DNA of 64,000 nt from Candidatus Poribacteria bacterium (GTDB lineage: Bacteria > Poribacteria > WGA-4E > WGA-3G): NCBI GenBank assembly GCA_965205015.1, contig OZ242029.1:5376001-5440000 (forward strand), written 5' to 3'. This document shows positions 9,873 to 20,900 of the stretch, in pieces. Every line of letters begins with the position of its first letter. The first letter of the stretch is position 1. The notes under the pieces are model-generated. The model did no database searches and was not told where the DNA came from. It worked only from the letters and a program-made list of their open reading frames with translations. Both the position numbers and the translations under genes were made by a program.

Positions 9873-11723
9873 ATGTTGGAAATCATCAGACTTCGTAAAT
9901 ATTTACCCTGTTGCCTATTCGTGCTTGTCATAACGATAGCACCTACGCCTATACAAGCGCAGCTGGCAGATTTCGGATTTGGTGAAAAGCCGCCTGTTGA
10001 AAAACTCTCAGCAAAGGGGTATCTCTCACTTGACAAGGTCCAACCGGGTAGCCAATTCCAAATTGCTGTCGTCGTTGAGATTGCCGAAGGGTGGCATGTC
10101 AACGCCAATCCAGCGGGTGAAGGATTGATCGCCACTGAGGTCGTTTTCCCCGATACGCCGCATCTGACTTTCGGTGAAGTCGTATATCCCAAGGGTGAGG
10201 TCTTGGCACTCGGTTCAATAGGAGAAGCACCCGTCTATCACGATACCATTACGATTGCGGTCCAAGCCGATTTAAGTCAAACCACTCCGCTCGCGCCTAT
10301 GATGTTGGATTTGGAACTCACATATCAGGCGTGTAACGATGAGCAGTGTCTATTACCCGAAGTGCTCGCGCTTGAGGTCCCTATTGAAGTTGTGGGGATT
10401 GAGGACACCATTCAGCGGGTGAATGAAGCGATTTTCGCCAATGTCGAATTCGGTACCCCGCCGAGCGATGGGGCGGACGAAGGGAGCCTCGCACGGGCAC
10501 TCTCGGGGGGACGGGTCTGGCTCGCATTAATACTTGTGTTTGCAGGCGGAATCTTGACCAGTTTGACCCCTTGTGTTTACCCACTCATACCGATCACCGT
10601 TTCCATCTTTGGTGCCAATGAATCTGCTGGTTTTCTGAAGTCTTTTCTGCTCTCCGTTGTGTATGTGCTCGGAATCGTTGTGACCTATTCAATTTTAGGT
10701 GTAGCGGTTGCTTCGACAGGAGCAGTTTTCGGGCAGATAATGGCGAACCCATGGGTCGTCGGTTTCATCAGTCTCATTCTTGTGACCTTGGGATTGTCTA
10801 TGTTCGGTGTTTTTGAGATTCGGTTACCGTATGCGGTGCAGAACCGTCTTAACACCGTTGGGGGTACCGGGTTTGCAGGCGCGTTCGCTATGGGAACAGT
10901 CGCCGGTGTTATTGCCGCACCTTGCACGGGACCGGCGTTAGCCGTCGTGCTAACTTATATCGCAACGACGGGAAGTCTCTTCCTCGGATTCTGGCTCATG
11001 TTCACCTACGCCCTCGGCATGGGACTCCTCTTTATCGGTATTGGTACGTTCTCCGGGTTGCTTTCCGCACTCCCACGTTCCGGTGGATGGATGTATGTTT
11101 TGGAAAACGTCTTCGGTATTGCCATTATTACGATGGCACTCTACTTTCTCAAAGATGTGTTTCCACTGTTGCAGGATTTTCTACAGAACACGCCACGATT
11201 TTTCGCTGTTGCCGGGGGTTTCGTGCTCGTTGGGATATGGCTCGGCAAGTTAACCCAACGTTTCAGCGGTATCTCTCCACGGATGCAATTCCAAAAGGCG
11301 TGTGGTCTTTTGCTGGCGGTATTGGGTGCCTATATGTTTGTTGGAGGGATCCAACAACCGGCCGGACCCCACTTGGATTGGGTTTACGACGAATCCGAAG
11401 GATTTGAAATCGCCAAGCGCGAAGACAAACTCGTCATGCTTGACTTTTATGCCTCTTGGTGTGCCGCGTGTAAAGAGCTCGATCATAAGACGTATGCCGA
11501 TCCCGCGGTTGCTGCAAAACTCGATGATTATGTGAATGTTAAACTCGACTTCACCCGCAGCTCCGAAACGACGCAGGCACTGACTGAGAAATATCAGATT
11601 CCCGGATTACCGGTCGTCATTTTCATGGATGCTGATGGAACGGTTCTCAAACGATTCACCGGATTTGTTGGTCCGGAGGAGATGCTTGGCATTCTTAATG
11701 CCATTGAAAAACGCCCACTGTAG
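9873..11723 (+). CDS. dsbD: Thiol:disulfide interchange protein DsbD
   Basis: N-terminal domain YQACNDEQC, TM domain LTPCVYP and APCTGP, thioredoxin DFYASWCAACK. Confidence 0.92.
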   Translation: MLEIIRLRKYLPCCLFVLVITIAPTPIQAQLADFGFGEKPPVEKLSAKGYLSLDKVQPGSQFQIAVVVEIAEGWHVNANPAGEGLIATEVVFPDTPHLTFGEVVYPKGEVLALGSIGEAPVYHDTITIAVQADLSQTTPLAPMMLDLELTYQACNDEQCLLPEVLALEVPIEVVGIEDTIQRVNEAIFANVEFGTPPSDGADEGSLARALSGGRVWLALILVFAGGILTSLTPCVYPLIPITVSIFGANESAGFLKSFLLSVVYVLGIVVTYSILGVAVASTGAVFGQIMANPWVVGFISLILVTLGLSMFGVFEIRLPYAVQNRLNTVGGTGFAGAFAMGTVAGVIAAPCTGPALAVVLTYIATTGSLFLGFWLMFTYALGMGLLFIGIGTFSGLLSALPRSGGWMYVLENVFGIAIITMALYFLKDVFPLLQDFLQNTPRFFAVAGGFVLVGIWLGKLTQRFSGISPRMQFQKACGLLLAVLGAYMFVGGIQQPAGPHLDWVYDESEGFEIAKREDKLVMLDFYASWCAACKELDHKTYADPAVAAKLDDYVNVKLDFTRSSETTQALTEKYQIPGLPVVIFMDADGTVLKRFTGFVGPEEMLGILNAIEKRPL

Positions 11724-11796
11724 GGCTTCGTTTTGAGGGTCCACCGAAGCGACCGTCCTATTATCTTATCCCTTGGGACAGCATACAGGAGTAAAT

Positions 11797-12903
11797 ATGT
11801 CCTTTAATGCAAAATCCTTAGTCTCCTTACGGAGTTGGCTTTTTTATGCAGAAGTGGTGGCAGTCATCGGTTTTGTCGGACTTGCATTTTTCTATATTCG
11901 ACGGGGTACAGCGGGACCCGAATCCCCACCGCTGTCACAGGTAGAGGCTTTCATTCAGCAGGCAGATATCCTCTATGAGAAACAGGATCTCGCCGATGCT
12001 GCCCTTTACTATTGGCAGGCATTACGAGCGTTGGAAACGGAGGATAAAGTCCAGGATATCCGCATAAACGGCAGCCTCCAGACGGGGGCGGAAGTTCGTT
12101 TACGTGCCAATCTCCGCATTGCGGAGATCTATTCACAGAGTAATTGGTTGAAAGATGCGAAGGCGCGTTTGGAATATGCGGCACGCATTCAACCTGAACA
12201 TGCCGGAGTCCGTCTCTTACGCGGCAAACTGTTTCGTGATGAAGGGTTGCTCGCGGAAGCCACCGAAGAATTCCTTGCTGTGCTCAAAAGCACCCCAAAC
12301 AATGCTGAAGCACACTATCTCCTCGGTGTGCTCTATCAGGGGAGTAAGCAGTTTGAACAAGCCGCTAAACACTATGGAAAAGCAATTGAAAACGATCCGG
12401 AGCTGCTAAGCATCCCTTCTGAAAAAGCCCCTATCGGTATCTTGGCTCGCCTTCAGTTGTCGAGAACGTATGCCAGAATGCTACAGAATTATCAGTTCCT
12501 TGATAGGGAATTCACCGAAGAAGATTTGGCTGAGGTTACGCGCTTGGAATCGGCGTCGATTGCTCTCTTGGAGCAGGCGCATGAAAAGATGCCTGAAATG
12601 AACGAGGTTGTTGACGATCTCGTTCGTCTGCTCTTTTCCCGCGCCTCTGCGCTTGAGCGAGAGGATATCGAAACGCGTCAGTATGTGGATGCGCTACAGG
12701 TTTATGAGAGGATTGTCGAGCTTGATCCCGAGGAAGTTCGGGCGTGGGAACGGATGGGTGAAATTTATGCGAGTTTCCTGGGTGATAAAGAAGCTGCTTT
12801 GGAAGTGTACCGCAAGGTGTATGCAATTGAGCCGCACCCGACTGTTTTAGCAAATGTCAAATCGCTGGAGGAGGATGTCGCCGCTGAAATGGAAAGCCGA
12901 TGA
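11797..12903 (+). CDS. Membrane-anchored tetratricopeptide repeat protein
   Basis: N-terminal TM; TPR motifs such as AEAHYLLGVLY..KAIENDP and AWERMGEIY. ATG 11797 follows AGGAG. Confidence 0.8.
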   Translation: MSFNAKSLVSLRSWLFYAEVVAVIGFVGLAFFYIRRGTAGPESPPLSQVEAFIQQADILYEKQDLADAALYYWQALRALETEDKVQDIRINGSLQTGAEVRLRANLRIAEIYSQSNWLKDAKARLEYAARIQPEHAGVRLLRGKLFRDEGLLAEATEEFLAVLKSTPNNAEAHYLLGVLYQGSKQFEQAAKHYGKAIENDPELLSIPSEKAPIGILARLQLSRTYARMLQNYQFLDREFTEEDLAEVTRLESASIALLEQAHEKMPEMNEVVDDLVRLLFSRASALEREDIETRQYVDALQVYERIVELDPEEVRAWERMGEIYASFLGDKEAALEVYRKVYAIEPHPTVLANVKSLEEDVAAEMESR

Positions 12904-12966
12904 GAGGATTTGAACCTCCGACCTACTGATTACGAATCAGTTGCTCTTCCACTGAGCTACACCGGC
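12895..12966 (-). tRNA. tRNA-Thr(CGT)
   Basis: Reverse complement GCCGGTGTAGCTCAGTGGAAGAGCAACTGATTCGTAATCAGTAGGTCGGAGGTTCAAATCCTCTCATCGGCT folds as a cloverleaf with anticodon CGT. CCA does not directly follow. Confidence 0.95.
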
Positions 12967-12995
12967 TTAGCAAATTATTGTGATTAGAAAGGGAG

Positions 12996-13068
<73 letters not shown>

Positions 13069-13080
13069 GTTAGGTATATA

Positions 13081-13109
13081 ATAATACCATTAAACGGGTG
13101 GGATGTCAA
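13081..13109 (-). promoter_or_regulatory. Sigma70-type promoter of the tRNA-Phe/tRNA-Thr pair
   Basis: TTGACA-17 nt-TATTAT with extended -10 TG, 12 nt upstream of tRNA-Phe. Confidence 0.8.
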
Positions 13110-13233
13110 GTTTTTTTGGAAAAAAGATTATTTCTTTCGATACGTCTGCGCGCACGAACGAAAGGCGCGGAATAACACCTATCTCTATGCTGTAGGGTGA
13201 TGTTTTCGGACCTCGAAACTACGAAATTCGGCT

Positions 13234-14337
13234 TTAGGATTCCAAACGCATCGGCATTACAAGACAGATGTGATTCTCCTCACCGAGCGGTTTAAAGACG
13301 ATAGGCTCTACTTCACTTCTAAATTCTATTGCGATAGATTCCGTCTCAATGTGTCCCAAAGTTCCTATCAACAAGCGGGCATCGATGCCAATCCGTATGC
13401 GTCCAGTGCCGGATTCTACAGGAACGGGCTCGTATGCCTCCCCTAATTCCGGCGTCTTCGCCGAAATCTGGACCTGCTCAGTATTGATTTCCAAAGCGAT
13501 CGCATAGTTCTTCGGATTCGATAGCAACGCAACACGCCGGGTCGCATGCAGCATCTGTTCTTTAGAGACCGCGACGCTGCCTTCCTCAGATTCAGGGATG
13601 ATCTTCTGGTATGGCGGATAATCCCCTTCTACGAGTCGGGTCGTTAAAGTGGCATTCTCATCAGCAAAGAGAATCTGATTTTCAAAAATTGAGATCTGCA
13701 CTGTGTCAGATTCAGCGAAAGTACGAGCGATCTCTTTAACGGCTTTGAGTGGGACGATGAACCCTTTTAGGTTCTCCGACGACGTGAGCGGTTCACAGCG
13801 TGCGAGGGCGAGCCATCTCATATCAGTTGCGACGACTTCCGTTTTATCTGGGAGGAAATTAAAGTAGAGTCCATTTAGGAAGTAGCGAACATCCTCCGTT
13901 GCGGCGGCGAATTCAGTTTTGTGGAGTAGAGCCCGCAGAATATCTCCGTCGATAGTTAATGAGTCTCCGTCAACAGAAGGCAATTGTGGGAATTCTTCGT
14001 CTGGAAGTCCTATGATTTTATAAACGCCGTCCCCACAAGTGAGTTCAACCCGGTCATTCACTGTTGTTGCGAAGTGTATCGGCTTGTCTTCGGGCAATTC
14101 TTTGACGATGTCTGCCAACTTTTTGGCAGAGACAGTGATTGCTCCGTCTTCTTGAATGGCGCCTTCCACTTTCATCTTAATCCCGACCTCCAGATCTGTG
14201 GCGATACATTCAATTTTTCCATCTGCGGCTTGGATAAGAACGTTTGAAAGGATCGGTAGAGTCGTGCGTCCGCTCGCTACGCCTTGTAGCACTTGCAGAG
14301 AATGCAAGAGATCATGTTTTTCAAAGGTTAATTCCAT
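13234..14337 (-). CDS. dnaN: DNA polymerase III beta sliding clamp
   Basis: TLPILSNVL, ATDLE, RYFLNG, RLVEGDYPPY, C-terminal LVMPMR. A TTGACT-17-TAAAAT promoter lies just upstream. Confidence 0.96.
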   Translation of the reverse strand: MELTFEKHDLLHSLQVLQGVASGRTTLPILSNVLIQAADGKIECIATDLEVGIKMKVEGAIQEDGAITVSAKKLADIVKELPEDKPIHFATTVNDRVELTCGDGVYKIIGLPDEEFPQLPSVDGDSLTIDGDILRALLHKTEFAAATEDVRYFLNGLYFNFLPDKTEVVATDMRWLALARCEPLTSSENLKGFIVPLKAVKEIARTFAESDTVQISIFENQILFADENATLTTRLVEGDYPPYQKIIPESEEGSVAVSKEQMLHATRRVALLSNPKNYAIALEINTEQVQISAKTPELGEAYEPVPVESGTGRIRIGIDARLLIGTLGHIETESIAIEFRSEVEPIVFKPLGEENHICLVMPMRLES

Positions 14338-14440
14338 TTCCGGTTCTCCTTACAAGCATTTTTACAATTTTACCAAAAAAACGCGTTAAAGTCAAGCACT
14401 TTTTCAACTTATGTTAAGTAATTTCGACGATGCCGATAAT

Positions 14441-16180
14441 TTAGGTGCCTGCTTGCATGCCCGCGAACTGTTTCTGGAATAGGTCGTGATATACACCGTC
14501 TCGGTGAATCAGTTCGACATGTGTACCGGTTTCAACGAGTTTGCCCTCTTTGAGAACGAGGATTTTATCGGCATCTAAAATGGTTGAGAGCCGGTGTGCG
14601 ATGACGAAACTGGTGCGTCCTTTCATGAGACGTGTGAGAGCCTCTTGGACGAGCGTCTCGGATGCTGCATCCAGAGATGATGTCGCCTCATCGAGAATGA
14701 GGATTTTGGGGTCTCTAATAAGCACGCGCGCAATAGCGATCCGTTGCTGTTCACCGCCAGAGAGTCGAACACCGCGCTCGCCGACTTTGGTCTCATACTG
14801 TTCTGGGAAATTCATGATGAAGTCGTGTGCGTTTGCTAACTTTGCGGCGGCGACGACTTGCTCGTGTGTTACTGCTTCTGGATCTTCCGCACCCAGACGG
14901 ATATTGTAGGCGATGCTCTCAGCGAACAGGTACGGATCTTGAAAAACGATACCGATATGGGCACGTAGAGACTGGATTTGCATCTCTTTGGTAGGAGTCG
15001 TGTCTATCAAAATGCTGCCGTGCTGCGGGTCATAGAAGCGCGGAATTAAGCTAATCAGGGTGCTTTTACCTGCACCACTCGGACCAACTAAGGCAACTGT
15101 CTCACCGGGTTCCGCTTGAAAGTTCATTTCTTGTAAAATGGGTTCTGCTTCGTTATACCCAAAGGAGACGTTCGTGAATTGAACACGTCCGTCGATATGT
15201 TCTATTCGTGTTCCTTCTTGCGATTCTTCTTCGTGCTCATCGAAGAACGCAAAAATACGTCGAGCGGCGACCAGGATCGACGGTATTCCGAGGTGGAGTT
15301 TTACGAGTTGTGACACAGGCGCGTGTACATTGCCAAAATAGTGTATGATAACAAGCAGTTCACCGATGGTGATCGTATCGCGTAGGACATAACCGCCGCC
15401 TATCAGAAATATGAGACCTTGGGCTAACCAGAAGAGGATGATGGTGAACCCGCCGCCTGTCTGTTGGATGAGTCCGTGTCTAATACCGATGGAGATGAGT
15501 CGTTCAATAAACCGGCGTAGGTTCTTTAAATCATAAAATTCTTTTCCTAATCCTTTGAGTTCGCGCGAGCCGGCAATGCTTTCCTGGAGTTTGCTTGACA
15601 GGCGTGCGTTCTGTTCTTGGATGTCCGCACCCATTCGACTGAGCGGTTTATCCAAAACGGCGGGAATGATCATGTTTACGGCGACGAGGAGGAGGGAGAG
15701 AAGACATAACTGATAGTTGATGTATGTGATAATACCGAGTGTCACAATGAGCATAATACCGTTTATGATATAATCACCCGCAAATAGATTAAATCCTTGC
15801 ACCGCTTTTGGCGTGTCGGATGTGAAGGTCGCCATAACTTTTCCAGTCTGGTGCGTGTCGTAAAATTTGAATCCCAATTTGCGTAAGTGGTGGTAGGCTT
15901 CGAGTTGAATGTCTTTCGATCCATTCTCCGAAACCTGCGCTGGGAAGTAAGCGGCGCCAAATCGGAAGAAATACATACCGACTGCTGTCAACGCATAGAA
16001 TCCGCAGGTAGGCAGCAGGAGTTCAGCGTTTTTCGCGATAAAGACATCGTCGATCAGAATCTTCCGAAGCCAGGGCCAAATGAGACTACAGCCTGAATTG
16101 CCCAGTGCGCAGAAGATAAAGAGCAGTTGGAAGTGCCAATACGGTTTTAAATACGACAACAATCGCAGCACGTCTTTCAT
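14441..16180 (-). CDS. ABC transporter fused permease/ATP-binding protein (type IV half transporter)
   Basis: About 6 TM plus NBD: GPSGAGKS, LSGGEQQR, ILDEAT, IAHR. Confidence 0.93.
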   Translation of the reverse strand: MKDVLRLLSYLKPYWHFQLLFIFCALGNSGCSLIWPWLRKILIDDVFIAKNAELLLPTCGFYALTAVGMYFFRFGAAYFPAQVSENGSKDIQLEAYHHLRKLGFKFYDTHQTGKVMATFTSDTPKAVQGFNLFAGDYIINGIMLIVTLGIITYINYQLCLLSLLLVAVNMIIPAVLDKPLSRMGADIQEQNARLSSKLQESIAGSRELKGLGKEFYDLKNLRRFIERLISIGIRHGLIQQTGGGFTIILFWLAQGLIFLIGGGYVLRDTITIGELLVIIHYFGNVHAPVSQLVKLHLGIPSILVAARRIFAFFDEHEEESQEGTRIEHIDGRVQFTNVSFGYNEAEPILQEMNFQAEPGETVALVGPSGAGKSTLISLIPRFYDPQHGSILIDTTPTKEMQIQSLRAHIGIVFQDPYLFAESIAYNIRLGAEDPEAVTHEQVVAAAKLANAHDFIMNFPEQYETKVGERGVRLSGGEQQRIAIARVLIRDPKILILDEATSSLDAASETLVQEALTRLMKGRTSFVIAHRLSTILDADKILVLKEGKLVETGTHVELIHRDGVYHDLFQKQFAGMQAGT

Positions 16181-16181
16181 G

Positions 16182-17915
16182 TTAGGCCCCTTCTTGCATC
16201 CCTGCGAACTGTTTCAGGAATAGATCGTGATATACACCGTTACGCTGAATCAACGCAGCATGCGTGCCGGATTCAACGAGTTCTCCATCGCTGAGTACGA
16301 GAATCTTGTCAGCGTTCAAGATCGTTGAGAGTCGGTGTGCGATGACGAAACTGGTGCGTCCTCGCATGAGGCGTATGAGTGCCTCTTGAACGAGTGCCTC
16401 AGATTCGGCATCCAGAGACGAAGTTGCCTCATCGAGAATAAGGATTTTGGGGTCTCTGATAAGCACGCGCGCAATGGCAATGCGTTGCTGTTCGCCACCC
16501 GATAATTGAACCCCACGCTCACCGACTTCGCTCTCATATTGCTCAGGGAAATTCATGATGAAGTCGTGTGCGTTTGCTAATTTTGCCGCGGCGACGACCT
16601 GCTCGTGTGTTACTGCTTCCGGGTCTTCCGCACCCAGACGAATATTATAAGCGATGCTCTCAGCGAATAGATATGGGTCTTGAAAAACGATGCCGATATG
16701 GGAGCGCAACGACTGGATTTGAATCTGTTTGATGGGTGTGGTGTCGATGAGAATATTGCCGTGTTGGGGTTCGTAGAAGCGCGGAATTAGGCTCACCAAG
16801 GTGCTTTTGCCAGCACCACTGGGTCCAACGATGGCAACTGTTTCGCCGGGTTCGGCTTGAAAACGAATCCGTTTCAAAACGGGTTGTGCATCGCTATATT
16901 CAAAGGAGACATCAGAGAATTGAACGCCGCCCTCAATGTGCGTGATGGGTGTACCGTCTCGAGATTCTTGCTCGTGTTCGTCAAAGAACGCGAAGATCCG
17001 ACGGGCGGCCGCCATGACGGATGGAATGCTGAGATGAAGGGTCACGAGAAAGTGCACAGGACGCTGCAGCGCATTGAACCACATGACTACCGCAAAGAGT
17101 TCTCCCACGGTCATAGCGTCTCGTAGAACATACCCACCTCCCACCAGAAGCACCAGCGCATCGCTGAGCCACCAGATGACTAAGATATCGCCTACCTTTT
17201 GGATCTTTACCTGTTTGATACGGATTGTCACAAGTTGCTTCAGGAAGTGATGGATGTTTTTTAAATCGTAAAGTTCTTTCCCCAATCCCTTGAGTTCTCG
17301 AGAACCGGCAATGCTTTCCTGTAGGTTGCTTGACAGCACAGCGTTCTGTTCTTGGACTTCCTCCCCTATTCGATTGAGGGATTTGTTTAAAAGGATTGGC
17401 ATCGAGACAGTCACGCCGACGAGGAGCAGTGAGAGAAGGCATAACTGCCAACTAACACTCATGACGACAGGGATGGTGATAATAAGCAGGATGATGTTTG
17501 TCGGATAGTCGCTGGCAAATATCTGAAACCCCTCTATCGCCTTTGGCGTGTCTGACGTGAACAGTGCCATGACCTTACCGGTCTGCTGTGTATCATAAAA
17601 TTTGAAGCCTAATCTACGGAGGTGATGATAGGCGGCGAGTTGGATGTCTTTCGCGGCATTTTGTGAAACCTTTATAGGGAAGTAAGCGAACCCCAGTGAA
17701 AAGAGATACATGCCGAATGCTACCAGCATCCAGAGTCCGCACGTAGGCAACAGTTTGTCGGCATCTTTCGCGAGAAAGACATCGTCAATCAGAATCTTTT
17801 CAATCCAGGGGAGGACGATAAACCCACCAAAGTAGCCGAGTTGACAAAGAATGTAAAATCCTTGGAAATACCAATACGGTTTTATGTATGACAGGAGCCG
17901 CAGAACATCTTTCAA
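16182..17915 (-). CDS. ABC transporter fused permease/ATP-binding protein (paralogue of 14441-16180)
   Basis: Same architecture, near-identical NBD, TTG start. Confidence 0.93.
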   Translation of the reverse strand: MKDVLRLLSYIKPYWYFQGFYILCQLGYFGGFIVLPWIEKILIDDVFLAKDADKLLPTCGLWMLVAFGMYLFSLGFAYFPIKVSQNAAKDIQLAAYHHLRRLGFKFYDTQQTGKVMALFTSDTPKAIEGFQIFASDYPTNIILLIITIPVVMSVSWQLCLLSLLLVGVTVSMPILLNKSLNRIGEEVQEQNAVLSSNLQESIAGSRELKGLGKELYDLKNIHHFLKQLVTIRIKQVKIQKVGDILVIWWLSDALVLLVGGGYVLRDAMTVGELFAVVMWFNALQRPVHFLVTLHLSIPSVMAAARRIFAFFDEHEQESRDGTPITHIEGGVQFSDVSFEYSDAQPVLKRIRFQAEPGETVAIVGPSGAGKSTLVSLIPRFYEPQHGNILIDTTPIKQIQIQSLRSHIGIVFQDPYLFAESIAYNIRLGAEDPEAVTHEQVVAAAKLANAHDFIMNFPEQYESEVGERGVQLSGGEQQRIAIARVLIRDPKILILDEATSSLDAESEALVQEALIRLMRGRTSFVIAHRLSTILNADKILVLSDGELVESGTHAALIQRNGVYHDLFLKQFAGMQEGA

Positions 17916-17946
17916 TTCATCTTCCCTTGCGAATTGGGATCTGATT

Positions 17947-20900
17947 CTATTCTAAAATATTTTCAATGCTTAGGGGGCGAGTCATCTTCTGATTTTCGGC
18001 TTCCAATTTCTCACGGCTTGCGACGACGCAAATTGAGGCTTTATCCTTATTTTCCTCCAGCGTTTGAAGCAGGGCACGTTTCACCTCTGTGGGGGTTGCG
18101 CGTCGGAGTTGGGCATATCTTTCTTCGAGCCCTTCATGTGTCTGCCCTGTGAGGTGATGCGTAAGTGCATCGGTTGAGGCTTGACCGGGTCGAATTGTTT
18201 TTTGGTAATCTGTCGCTGTCGCGATGATTGCCCTGTCGATGTCTGCCTGCGTCCATTCTACCTGTTTGATATAATCAGCAGTTCGTTCAAAGACGTTGAG
18301 GGTACGTGCGATGTGCGGATCAGCGCATGATCCTTGGTACAGACAGGCATCAAGCGGATCATACGCGAAGCATGGTAGGTAAGCATTGCCCTTAAGACGA
18401 ACTTCGGTCATAATGTAGCCAAGCCATAAGATCTGTGCCCCGATGCTCAGAAAGGCTGAATCTGGATGTGAGTAGTGCGGTGCCGGTATTGCATATGTAC
18501 AATTGGCTATCTGCATAGGAACCGCCAACCCTTCGCGTGGTGGAGTGTCGAAAGGTTTAAAACCCATTGATGCTGGAGTTATCGGTTCATTACGCATGTC
18601 GCCAATCCATGCAGCGAACTTTTTCTCAAGACTCCCAAAAGCTGCGTCAGAACCGGTAAAGCTGGCAGTCACGCGACCGCGCACTAACAGAAAATCGCGA
18701 ATCTGTTCGATGTAAGCGCAAAGTTCCTCATGAGATTCATCAAAACGGTTGAGCAACGTTTCACTCGTGCGTAGCTGCGGAAGTCCAAAAACAATTTCCG
18801 ATAGATAGGCTTGTGGCGAAAACCCGCGGGCGGCATGATAGGTTGCCGAAGCCAAGCCATAAGGAAACCGCGGTTTATTCATCAGGGTTGTGCGACATTC
18901 TGTTACTGCTTGGTTAAGTACATCGCGAAGTCGTCCAGTATTACGCGGATTCACAGCAAAAATCAGGTCGTGCAAGACATCTAAGGCATCCCCCATTTTA
19001 CCGTCAAGTACTTTAAGTTGAAACTGCATGTTACACAACGTTCGCCCCGTATCGAGTGCGTGTGTGCTAAAGTTAGGGGCGCATTCTAATCCACCGGTAG
19101 CTGCTGCGGTACGCTGCGCCATCTTCGCGTAATCTATACTGCCAGCACCGAGTTTGTGGATAGCATCGGTGTATCTGGGCAGATACTGCCAAAGGTGTTG
19201 CGGCAATCCTTGCAGATCAAAATTTAGGGTAAGATAGTTCACACCGTTGGAAAAGACATTGCTTCGGAGTAGAGGGCGTCCGCTAACCGTTTCAACACTT
19301 GTGGAAATATGCAGCGATTTCTCAGGCAGATCAGCGACGCGCAGTTGCGGCAACTTTGCTAAATCCTCGGATGAATTGGGTTGTTCGTTGAGACGTTCAA
19401 GTTCAGCGGCATCGGCAGCAATGTCTATCATCTGTTCATCGGTGAGTTGTGAGCGGATCGATTTCAGACGTGCGTTTTCATTCGCATTAAGACGCGCCTG
19501 CATACCCGGATCGGGAGAGAGAACAGTTGTCAAACGGTGTTGGTTGTTAAGGAGTTTCTCACGAATTAGCTTATTGAAAATGCGCGGATTTTGCTCCCAG
19601 CGTTGGCGGATAACAGATAGGACTGATCCCATCTTTAAAAAGAGGGTCGGCTCCTTTTCATATATCCACGTGTTTATGACACGCGCCATCATCTGAAACG
19701 GAAATCTCGGCGTAACTTCCTGATAATCATAAGTGATTTGCTGGAACGCAGCGTTCACTGTTTCCGTGTCAATTTCTGTGTCTGCAATTTGAGCCAATGT
19801 ATTAACAACCAATTCTGTGAAAGCCTCAATACGATCTGCTTCACTTCCGGTTAAGCCGATGTGAAAGGTACTGTGCGGACCTATAGTATTAACTCCGGGG
19901 CGCATGAGAAACCTATTATCAAATAAGTCGGTTCCGAGTTTTGAATCAATAATCGACTTACGGAGCGGGGATCCCTCGTTCCCGATCAGAATCAGACTCA
20001 AAATTCGACACAAGACAACATCTTCAGGGTCCGTTGCGTCACCAATAAGCCAGTTGAGCATGAGGTATGTCTTCTCAGCCGTCGATTCATCTGCACCAAT
20101 CAGATAGGTATCATGCCCTGTCCGTGGGGTTTTCCACTTTGAAGGATGTGTAATTTCTGGTCGGAGGGGGTGTAGAAACCCGTTTGTCTCAGTCTTTGGC
20201 ATAGCCGCCAGTTTATCGGCAAGAAACGTGAGATAATCACTTGTTGGAATATTGCCGTAGCAGAAGAAGTAACAGTTCTTGGGATGAAAGTAGGTTTGGT
20301 GATAGGACTTAAATTGTTCATAAGTTAGGTCGGGCATAACCAGTGAGTTCCCACCACTATCAAGGGCATAGCAAGTGTCAGGCAGAAGTCCGCCAGTCAC
20401 GACAGAATACGAGTGGTATTCTGGGTCAGACAAGCCGCTTTTTTGTTCATTATAGACAATCCCATTTATTTTTAAATCTCGTGTGGGTTGCTCCGGATCT
20501 ACAGGTTCAAGATGGTGTCCTTCACGTTTGAAAGTATCCTCTGTCAACAGTGGATAAAAAATAGAATCAAAGTAGACTGCTGCAAGATTAAACAGGTCCT
20601 TTTTGACGTTGCTTGAGGCATAGTAAAAGGCATGGTCGAACCAGTTCATGGCGTTCGCATCGTCAAAGGTGGCGAGGCTCATCTTGATCATCTCAAAGAA
20701 CACCTCTTTTACTGGAAAATTTCGAGATCCTGCCATTACGGAATGCTCAAGGATATGTTGTAGCCCTGTATCGTCGAGTGTTGGGGTTATCGGACTGATC
20801 GAGAACCAGTTTTTGGTGTCATCTGTATAGAGATGCAAGAGTCGTGCACCGCTATGTGGATGCAAGAGTTCTATCGCTACTGCCCGCAACTCGTCAATGG

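Noticed and set aside
13234-14440. Replication origin near dnaN
   Set aside because: No dnaA, recF or gyrB nearby, and no cluster of DnaA boxes was seen.
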